NCBI GenBank assembly: GCA_043228905.1 | Contig: JBHGNT010000011.1 | Coordinates: 14,136,001 to 14,200,000 of the forward strand | Reading direction: 5' to 3' | DNA from: Azolla caroliniana | Taxonomy: Eukaryota > Plantae > Polypodiophyta | DNA: 64,000 nucleotides | Part shown: positions 26,545-36,668 of the stretch, piece by piece | How the letters are laid out: every line of letters starts with the position of its first letter | How positions within the stretch are numbered: position 1 is the stretch's first letter | Notes under the pieces: generated by a model | Databases searched by the model: none | What the model saw: the letters and a program-made list of their open reading frames with translations, nothing else | What the model was told of the DNA's origin: nothing | Translations under genes and position numbers: made by a program

Positions 26545-28509
26545 GGCAGTTGTTTCATTTGCCAAATACTTCAATCCAGAGGCCTCCAATTGATCCCTTG
26601 ACTGGAAGACCTCCCCTAGAAATTAGAGAGTTGCACGTTGTCCATGTGCAAAACTTGAAGAGGAAAATGAAAATTAATCCTCATGCTACTGTCATGCCAT
26701 TTTTAGTAATGGTCTATCAAGATCAATGTCCAACAGTAGCAGACTTCAAGTATAGCTCTGTTGATGATTATACATATTATGTAATTGGAGGTTCGCATTC
26801 GGCCGAAGCTCGTAGACAGCTTGTGAAAGAATACCCTCTCACCCCCTTCTTTAAGTACGCCGAATGTAAAGTATATGCAGGACTCACTCACGAGGAGGCA
26901 AAGCTACTAGCATGGGACCATAACAATGATAATGATTATAGGCAAAAGATGTCATGCATTGAAAGGATCAGAATTTTTCATCATGAGTACCTAGATGCAT
27001 TAAATCGTTTTGGCCCAAGGTTGTGGCCTGGTTTGCGTCGCCAATGTTTACTGGAAGTGGGGATTGCAGTGGATGAGAGCAAAAAATCAAAAGGGCTACG
27101 AAAATATGATTCCTGGTTTCAACTAGCCTTTCGGACCAGAAAGGTGTGGGATCTCCAGGAAAAAATATTTAGCATGTGGGAGCGGAAAGAGGTCAAAGGG
27201 CAAAGGTCAAAGAAGGGAACGATTGATCCACAAGTTGAGATCAAATCGTAGTCAAAGGGCAAAGGTCAAAGAAGGGAAGGATTGATCCACAAGTTGAGAT
27301 CAAATTGAAGTCAAAGGGCAAAAGCAACTTGGTAATCGAGGAGTTAGCAGAAGACATGAAAATTTTACCTTGGAGGTCATTACAGGGTATTAAAGATGAT
27401 AGGCTATTAATATCGGTGCTATCTCGAGTTGTTGCCAAGGAATTTAGTTTGGACGAGATGGTTACTGAATTGAAAAAGTAAGGGTTTATAGTATACAATG
27501 TTTCAAGATATTCTTCTGTTATTATTGATTTTTAATTTCATATTTCATATTTATTGTATAGTCACAAGGATTTCACCGAACTGACAATGGCCCCCTTGTG
27601 GAGGATAATCATATTCCATAGCATGGAGCAATCACTATCAGTCACAACAACTCTGAAGTCACATTGTCATGCCACTGAACACATGCATTGGTGTGTCACA
27701 GTTTGTTTTTAATCATTATGATACTTGTTATTATATGTTGACATTCATACCTCTAAAACATGATTTTAATTCTCTGTAGGATTAAAACAAATATTACACA
27801 TAGCCCTGGCGATCGAATGGTTAGTATGGTCGAACATTTTTGTGTGGGTTACTATGATTCAATAACAAAGAAGAAGGCTAGAGCATATGTCAACGAGCGT
27901 AACGTGGTAAATTATATCATGTGCCCAGTTGTCACAAAAAAATTAAGGCATGTTTTAGGTGATAAGAGTATTGTGAATCCTTATCAAAAACCTTGAAGAT
28001 TGATCAACCGCCTCCTAGAGCTCTTCTCGAATCCAGATGATTGGGTCCTAGACTTGTTCTCTGGCACAGGTATATAAAATATATTTGCTTTGATTTCTGT
28101 CGATCAAGTTTAAGACTTTAATTCTTATATATACTTGTTCGTGTTCATGCGGCCATTAGGTACTACAACAGCTTGTGCATTGAAGATGTTTCGAAACTGT
28201 GTTGCGTTGGAGAAGTACCTTGCACAAGTTAACTTCATCAAAATGAGGATCACAGGAATCTGGGACTGTCCAGATCAGGATCAAGAAGTCGGAGCTAAGC
28301 ACATCAATGAGATAGAGATGTTCCAAATGACTTCACGAGAACCAATGGAACCTATTGATGAAGAAGCAGGGGAGCTTTTGGACCTAGAAGATGTAACACA
28401 ATTTGAACATACATCAGATTCAGGAGAGCGTGGAGATGACACAAATGAGAATAGTCTAGAACAATCAGCGCCTGAAGAGCCTAGTGTGCCAGATTTGTTT
28501 ATAGATTGA
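26545..28509 (+). pseudogene. Transposon cargo gene: ParB/Srx-like domain + beta-class N4C/N6A DNA methyltransferase-like domain + acidic tail (exons ~26545-27477, 27562-27690, 27780-28069, 28160-28509)
   Basis: Three GT-AG introns (84, 89, 90 bp) splice in frame. ParB-like PFLVMV...YYVIGGSHSAEARRQL...VYAGLTHEEAKLLAWDHN; MTase-like WRIIIF...HWIKTN...VEHFCVG...NPYQKP*RLINRLLELFSNPDDWVLDLFSGTGTTTACALKMFRNCVALE. Lesions: a 59-bp duplication and TGA at 27994. Confidence 0.8.
27192..27321 (+). repeat. 59-bp tandem duplication that frameshifts the cargo gene
   Basis: GTCAAAGGGCAA begins at 27192, 27251 and 27310; removing one unit restores the frame (KEVKGQRSKKGRIDPQVEIKLKSKGKSNL...). Confidence 0.9.
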
Positions 28510-29240
28510 TTTAGGTGGCATAATGTATACTTTGAGGATTTTTGAGGCATAATGTATACCTTGACTTGATATTGTTTTTGTATATGAGAACAAAAGTAAT
28601 CGTTTACCGTTTAATTTTATTCACCCGTTCATAATTTCACTTTTTAATCATTTTTTGAACTATAATTTGTATATACATATGATTGGTCACCATGCTCTTC
28701 TCCAGTTTGGGGTATTAACATGATATTATACTTTCTCATTTCTCCTAGCATGATTATATACATGAACTTGTGAATGTTCTTGATAATAAATGGTTTTCAG
28801 TTTGCTATGTTCCAAGTCTGTTGGTTTCAAATAGTATAAATGAACGTGGTACATAATTGTTACTCTTACCAATTACATTGTGATGGATTATATGACATTA
28901 TACAACAAAACTATCAATATACCCGTCCAACAAGTGGGGGACTACTTTTTTCCTCAACCCTAAACCACATATTAACATTTAGGGTTTATGTAGTTTTACT
29001 CTACAATTTGAATATGGATACCAAATAAAGATGTTTAATATTTAACCTAGTATTCAATTGTACTCCAGGATATACAAATTGACACGAAAACAAGACATAT
29101 GCAATTCACCAAATGCTTGGATTTTATTTGGTTCTATATTTCACCATCCATTCGCAAAATAGGTACGCATGCATTGTACATTTTCGAAATCATGCTAAAT
29201 TAGGGTACTTTTCTGCATCTCACCAACTATGGCAAAAGAG

Positions 29241-29277
29241 AATACGACATATTACCTGTTTCAAATGACCCGGTGTT
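29241..29277 (-). repeat. Right terminal inverted repeat
   Basis: Reverse complement AACACCGGGTCATTTGAAACAGGTAATATGTCGTATT. Confidence 0.95.
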
Positions 29278-29281
29278 ACTT

Positions 29282-29860
29282 ATGTTCAAGCCAAATCACT
29301 ATAGCTAATTAGTTACGAGGGTTGTCACTAAACTAACTAGCTACTAGTTATCATCGATCTTAGCTAATTAGCTACTAGTGATATTTACTTTCATAATTAG
29401 CTTATTGATGTTCAATCCAAGATACTTGTTATCATACACCTAAATTTACCTTAGTGATCGACTATTCACTTAGCTAATCAACTAAATTATGTTTGATCCA
29501 AGCTACATGTTATCATCCACCTAAATCCTCCTGAGTTAATTAGCTACTAGAAATAATCACTTAGCTAATTAGTTAGTTAATTAGCTAATTAATGTTCAAT
29601 CCAAGCTACTTGTGATCATTGGTCTAAATTAGCCTTAACTAATTAGCTACTTGTAGTAATCACATAACTAATTAGCTATTAGTTGTGATGATACTTGGTT
29701 AAGCTAGAAGCATCAACAATATACATGTAGTTGTAATAGATTAGCCACCTTTAGGGATTTCCGTGGAGAATTGTCATACACATATTTTGTGATGCTGACA
29801 TATCAAAGCAAAACATATGAGGTGATACATTTATTAGCACAGTTGGAGGTGTACCAACAT
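29282..29860. repeat. AATTAGCTA-rich dispersed repeat, right half
   Basis: Repeated TAGCTAATTAGCTA and TGTTCAATCCAAG(C)TAC units; 29640-29800 aligns by eye with 61520-61710. Confidence 0.65.
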
Positions 29861-30489
29861 CATAACACTATCCTCAAGGGCTAGCCCATATGTGATACAT
29901 GTGGACTGCACATTCAATAACAAACCCTTTCCTAGATTAGTGTTGGTAAGGAAAAGGTAATGTCGACTTCGTATTTTTGTTTCATTCGCAACATTCTTTT
30001 CTTTCTTGCTTCTTTTATTTTTCTTGAATTGACAATAAAAAGAAATTCACTATATTTTGAACCTTTAATGCATCAAATTTATCGAAACGAGTGCAATACT
30101 TTTAAATCTGGAACATTATTGTGTGCAACATGTTGTAGCCCTAGAAGATCCAAGTCCATTGTGAGAACTTGGAGCTTAGTCAAGAGATGGATCCTATAGT
30201 TGGGATCCAACAACCCTCTAGTGTCTTGTTTATGCATTGCAAAATTCAACTTTCTCCTTATTTTTACAACAATTGTGTTCACCTTAAATTTTGTTACAAC
30301 CGCCAATGTTGTTCTATCTAGCTTAGACCTTAGGTCCTTCAATGTCTCACAGGCATCATCATTTTCTTATTGGTTTGATGCAATATCTTACCTGCATCAT
30401 CGACTTTGTATGTTTGTACATGACATATCGATATTTCTCTGGTGTTATATTGAGAGTCAAAAAATGCATCATCAACTACTATGGTTAAA

Positions 30490-30770
30490 AATATCTTAAT
30501 GGTTTGTTGTAAATCCCCAATTTTAAGTTCTCAAGAAATACCTTTTTGACACTTTGGTGACACCAATGCTTCTCTATGGGTGGAACTAGGGGGTGGTTGC
30601 ATCCCTAAGTTCACTTGGAAAGAGTTTGAAAAAAAGTCCAAAAACATTTTCATACAAAGTTTCTCCAGAGTCAAGAAAGAGACACCATCTTACCCTCCTA
30701 CTTCTTGAGAGATGGGATCACTTCCCATTGAGCATTCACATTTTAGTTTTAGGTTGCATTTTGTCAACAA
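30490..30770 (+). mobile_element. Degenerate LINE RT C-terminal fragment
   Basis: LKKYLFDTLVTPMLLYG followed by a frameshift, resembling the LF..LV.P.LLYG.E.WG motif of non-LTR elements. Confidence 0.55.
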
Positions 30771-32097
30771 TCTCGAATCATCCACACGTGGATGGGTCAT
30801 TATGACCTCAAATCTCGAAGTTCATCCATACGTGGATGGGTCATTCGAGGTTGCTCATTATGACCTCAAAAGGAGACATTGTATGTATCGTGAGTCCGTC
30901 GTTCGTCTCTAAAAGGAGATCCACACCCCAAATAAGTAGACCGGACAGGCCAGAGGTTGGGGACGTGAACTCGAAGTTAGAGGCAACAAACATGGTTGGT
31001 CGTGACTTCTTTTAGAAGACACGAGGGTACCAGTGAGATGAGGTGAGAGACAGTGTGAACCCGACCCGACCCGACACTACACGAATGGGATGAAGATTTT
31101 CATGTGACCTTGCACCTTAGGTGTAAAGGTTCCATCCATCTATTGTCACGTTTTGTCACAATACAAATCATGGCTTTAGCTTATGAGAGAGACAGATCGA
31201 GAGAGTAGTCAATCAAAGATCTCCCAACAACGACACTTCATAATTACTCGCAAACAGGGTTTCCTCATTTCTCCTGCTCACCATTTATATATACCATCAC
31301 ATCCAGAATCTCGAAAGATTCTCAAAGGTATACATATATTGGATCTTGTTCATTTCCGTTGTTTCATTGTGCTCATTGGGCCTTGTTAATGTTAATTGCT
31401 TAATCATTATGACTAGATTTTATTGATCTTCGTTACCCGATCTTGATTTTTGGTGTTAATCTTTGTCTTCTGATCATGCTTATAAGGTGTCATCATTCCA
31501 TCGCAATTATTGTTAATCTTCATTGTCTAGTCATGGTTAGTCATTGTTTCAACATGTTTAGCTTTTGGATCTCGTTAATCTTCGTGATTTGATATGGGGG
31601 TCCTGTCAAGCTTCATTTTTTCATCATGAACAGGTTATAGGTCTTGTTAATCATCATGGTTGTATGCTGATTAGTCGATAATCCTCCCCGTTTCATCAAG
31701 ATTAGGATATGTTCTTGTAATCCTCTTTTTTTCATCGTGATTAGATGCCAATATTCCACTTTTTTTATTTTATGAAATTAAGTCGTGGATATTATTCATC
31801 TTCACTGTTTCATCATAATTAGGTTGTGGATCTTTCTTAATCACCATTATCTCAGCCTGATTAGGCGTCAATGCGTAGGTATCTCATAATGATGAACTCG
31901 TGGATTTTGCTAATCTCCACACTTCCCTCTCATTATTAGATAGTTGGGACTTCTAACTTAATCTTCACTGTGTCAGCATGCTTAGGTTTATGGGACTAAG
32001 TTCATAGCCCCCACGGTTGATTCATGAGTAATGGTTAATCCCCCACATAACCTCAAATGTGTGTGTGTGTGTGTGTGTATGTATCAGGAGGATCCCA

Positions 32098-33632
32098 ATG
32101 GGTTCGTATTCGTGGTGGACCGGACAGATTAACTTCGACAAGGTAGGCCCTCACAATTTCCAGTTATTTACACAGAATGTGTTAAACATCACATTAACAT
32201 AAGTACATTACATACATACATACATACAACATACGTACATACATACTTATACATATACGTACATACATAGTTACAACTTACATACATGTCAACATCTACG
32301 TACATATGTACATATGCATTCATCCCAACATATACATATGGATTAAAGTATATGCTCAAGTTTGCAAGGTGAGCACATCCATGTAGCACCTTACCTTTTG
32401 ATTCTTAATGAGATCATGCTCCCCAAAAATTACCACCCACAATGCTGGGTGAAAACTTAAAAGATAGAGATGGTTTACCTTCCTTCTTTCAATGCTTGTT
32501 TCAGACCAAAAGTCTTGGCAAAGCCAACAATGGGCAGCCAAAAGTTGCTCTAGTGGTGGGTGTCACAGGAATTGTTGGGAATAGTTTGGCTAAAATACTT
32601 TCCCGGCCCGATACACCTGGAGGCCCATGGAAGGTGTATGGCATTGCAAGGAGACCACAACCAAGGTATTTTGTTGAGTCGCCTATCGAGTACATAGAAT
32701 GCGATGTTTTCAATGCACTTGATACACAAGAGAAGATCTCTTCTTTAAGAGATGTGACCCATCTCTTTTGGGTAATGGGTGTGGGGCAACGCACCGAAGA
32801 GAGGAATTTCCACAACGGGAATATGTTTCGGAATGTCATAGATGCCCTTTTACTTCACGCCCCTAAATTGCAGCATATTGTGTTACAAACCGGGGGGGAA
32901 CACTATTTTGGTTCATTTACTTTGGATACAATGAATGAAGCCATCCATGAGCCTCCATTTCAAGAGGATGTGGCGCGCCTTCCGATATCAAACATTTACT
33001 ATACTCTTGAGGATATACTCTTCGATATTGTAAAGAAGAAAGACACCTTAACATGGTCGGTACATAGGCCAAATGCAATCCTTGGTTTCTCTCCATGGAG
33101 TTTGATGAATGTCCTTGGGAGCTTAGCCGTGTATGCGTCAATTTGCAAGTATGAAGGATCCCCGTTTACCTTCCCAGGGAATAGAGTGACTTGGGAGCAA
33201 TGTGGTGATGCAGCAGATGCAGAGCTCATAGCCGAACAAGAAATTTGGGCATGCTTGGAACCCAATGCAAAGAACCAAGCTTTTAATATATCTAATGGTG
33301 ATGTATTTAGTTACAAAAGAGTTTGGAGCCTTTTGGCCACTCAATTTGGTCTAGAAGTTCCTCCCTACAATGGGCACCCAATAAGTTTACAAGCAGCAAT
33401 GAAAGGCAAGGATGTTGTGTGGGATGCTATTGTGGCGAAATATGATCTCACTCCTACCAAACTTGAGAATGTGGGGAATTGGTGGCTCATTGACCACCTA
33501 CTAAATGTACCTTATTTGCCGGTCCTTAGTATGAACAAAAGCAAGGGGTTGGGATTTTTAGGGTATCGTGACACTGAAGCTTCGATATTGCATTGGATCG
33601 ATAAGATGAGATTGAAGAATATTATTCCATGA
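32098..33632 (+). CDS. VEP1: Progesterone 5-beta-reductase/iridoid synthase-like (PRISE, VEP1 family) SDR; exons 32098-32142 + 32505-33632, 390 aa
   Basis: Mini-exon MGSYSWWTGQINFDK (compare the family N-terminus MSWWWAG) with GT-AG phase-0 intron; GVTGIVG, GPWKVYGIARR, DVTHLF, LQTGGEHY, NIYY, WSVHRP, LIAEQ, SMNKSK. Confidence 0.93.
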
Positions 33633-36600
33633 TGTTAATAATTGTGCTCATTTTAACTCATTTTCCCTCATCGATTTTCTTTTCAATTGCTCCCTTACAA
33701 AATAAATACTTTTCTATGATTTACGATGTAATAGGGTGTACACTTACACTATTCATATATTGATGCACAATTTGTTGTTATCAATTCATCACAAGCAAAG
33801 CATAACATGATTCTATCCACATTCAACATTAATAAAAGCCCATGTCACAATACATTATCAGAAGTTTTAATTATTTTACAAATATTATAACATTGATGAT
33901 TTCCAATAACTTTTAAAATTTAGATCCTACAAGAAAGCTAATGAAACTAAAAATAGATCACCTCTTATTAAAGAGAGGGTGCTAGTAAAAAATGCATATT
34001 TTGCAATGCTTGTTATACTGTAGGATGCAAGTAAATTATGTGATTTACAAAAACATTGCAAGTAAATACCACAAAACCGTGAGAAAATGTATTCAGATAC
34101 ACATTACCACATCTTATATATTGGTTTGATTTCCTCATTGCTGTGGTAAAGAAACGCAATTGACAAGCTAGCAAAATTAATGCCATTTTGGTTTTGGTTG
34201 GGACAGCATGGGAGACGTTATGCACTCCAAAAAGATCAAGTGAGATGACAATCCTTCACTTGTATGACCATATGGTGGTGCGAAGATTCTCTTTTCTACA
34301 AAGTATGTTTGAGCATAAACAACAAGAACAGAAATTGTGGCTTTCTTTAATGAAAAACTTGGGATTAAGTGTGTGGGAGCAAACATAGTCGTTGGTTGGT
34401 AGAATACAATGAACTCTAATAGAAAAGTGAATCATGGGGGCTTGATGATAGTAAATCATTTGTTGACTTCAAGGCACAAGGTGTTGGAATATCTATAGTT
34501 GTTATGGACTTCGAGAGCATTGGGTTGGGAGGACAAACATTCTTGCCAAGCCCATCAATAGCCTCCCTCCCTATTCATAATCACGTTCTTTTCCCAACCC
34601 ACATGATACCCCACACACTCACCACACCATCTATATATTTGTATACTCAACGTTATCTAGCTAATTAAATCGAATAACTAAATCCTAAATAGACAAGTTC
34701 TAAGCCAATTAATCAATAGTAAATAAGCATAGCCATATTACTAGTATACTCACATGAACCCCCTCCTTTTTCCTCATTTTCACATTCCTCCCAAGAATTT
34801 CCTTGGCCCAAATTTCGACATCTTGCATAATGTTTCATTATCACCACTCTTCTTAAACACATCCCTTAACGAACACCACCTCAATCCCTCTTATTCCACT
34901 TTGCCTCCAAACTTCACCAACTACTACCACCACTTGCCTTCGGCAATCCACAATCTGGAAGCTTCATCCAATACTTCAACACAATTTATTTTCTGACTAT
35001 AGGGACACCCACTTTCCAACTTCAATTCATGCTCCAAACATAGATGAGACAAATGAGATCAAATGAGAAAACCCGAAGTCTTCTTCGTTACCATTCTTGC
35101 ACGGCCCCACGTGAACCACAACATGGATGGCTACCTTTCTATGAGAACAAAGCCAAGGACCACATACCATCCATTTTCCCCTCATTTGGCTTGGCATGAT
35201 TCCACAAACCTTAATAGAAGTGTGACTTACTTTTATGCACTTGGTGGTCCTCCCCACACCCTCACCTCCATCATATATGTTTGTATGGGTACCATAAACT
35301 CTGATATCACTTTCATGGCTCACTAGTGACACCTTGATTCCTACCCATCATGACTGCACTACAAGAAGTTCCACTTCCTCTACTCAAATTCCTCCACATC
35401 ACCCCCTACCCTTGTACTACGTTCCATCCAAACCAAAGCCTTTGGAGTTTCTACAGAGCTCCACTCCTTTAACTTCCCCTCCATCCTCTCTCCTACTACA
35501 TCAGCCTCAAGGTCATTCTCAAGGAGAACCCCTAAGAGTATTTAGCCTTTATAAGGATAATAAAGGACAATCACAATGTTTTGGCTTAGTCTTTGATAAA
35601 TAAAATGTCATAAGATCATGGGTTCTTAAGGGGGTTGTATAATCAATTGAGTGAACCATATAACATTGATGTACTAATACAAACCCAATTTCAAACATAT
35701 CATTCATGAGGAGGCCAATTTCAACCTTAGGAACCAAATCAACATATCATCTAGAATGTGACTGCTTCCCGAGAAAAGGGTTACTACTATGTAATAAACA
35801 TGCTCTACACACTACTCTGTAATAAACATTCTCTATGCACACACGTGTATGAGCTACTCCTTGGTGTGGAATTGATTAATAAGGAGAAGTAGAAAGAAGT
35901 GTCACTATCCAAATCCACAAACGCCCTCCAACTTTCAAGGCAGACTTTGGCAGAATATTTTATCCTCAGCAAAACAATAGGGGGAGTAGATTGGGAGATC
36001 TCACACCAACTACCAAAGCAATAAAAAAGAAATGAACAAAATTTAAGAACCATGACCTACGTGCATATATTATGGTTTCCATGTGATATAAATGTATTAT
36101 TAATTACACACATATGTGTGTTTATTAATCACTGGCGGCAGGCACTGTGTCACTTCGCATTTGAATTCTGTCACATAAAAATAAATAAAGAGCATCATAA
36201 TCAGTGAGATTATGACGGTCATAACATTCTCTTTCCATGATAAGATTAGGTTGACTTTAAAAAGCTTATAAATAAACAAAACATTTAAAAAAGAAATCTA
36301 ACTAAATGCAGATGAGTTCATATCTCCTGGCAAAACACATAAAATCTACCTTGTCATGTCTGCCTTGATTAATGAATATATATAACTTAAACAGGGCGAG
36401 ATCAAAATCCCTGAAAGATCACCCACATGCCGTCAGAGATGACATTCTTTTGCAAAAAAAGAAGTCTTTATCAAAAAAATTGCATTGAGACATCTCTCTC
36501 TGTATGTATATATATAAGTATTAGAAAATTAAATTACAATACGCCCAAACTGATGAGTCATTTTGTATGAGATTCTTAGTGGAAAACAAGGGTTTGTAAC

Positions 36601-36668
36601 AAAATTAAATTAAATTAACATTCCTACTACAAATTTGTAGAGCAAAACAAGACAACCCTGCTACATAG

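Larger units (their letters stand above)
10984..29277 (-). mobile_element. Sola1-like cut-and-paste DNA transposon carrying a DNA-methyltransferase cargo gene, with two nested LTR elements
   Basis: 37-bp TIRs (10984-11020 and 29241-29277; 35/37 identical); direct repeat ACTT at 10980-10983 and 29278-29281; DDD-type transposase on the minus strand. About 6.3 kb without the nested inserts. The boundaries are directly seen; the Sola1 label is motif-based. Confidence 0.88.

Noticed and set aside
26545-28509. Bacterial contamination as the source of the methyltransferase
   Set aside because: The gene has spliceosomal GT-AG introns, lies within eukaryotic transposon TIRs and is adjacent to plant LTR elements.
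29960-30499. Short ORFs suggesting a decayed gene fragment
   Set aside because: No recognisable motif; cannot be assigned without a search.
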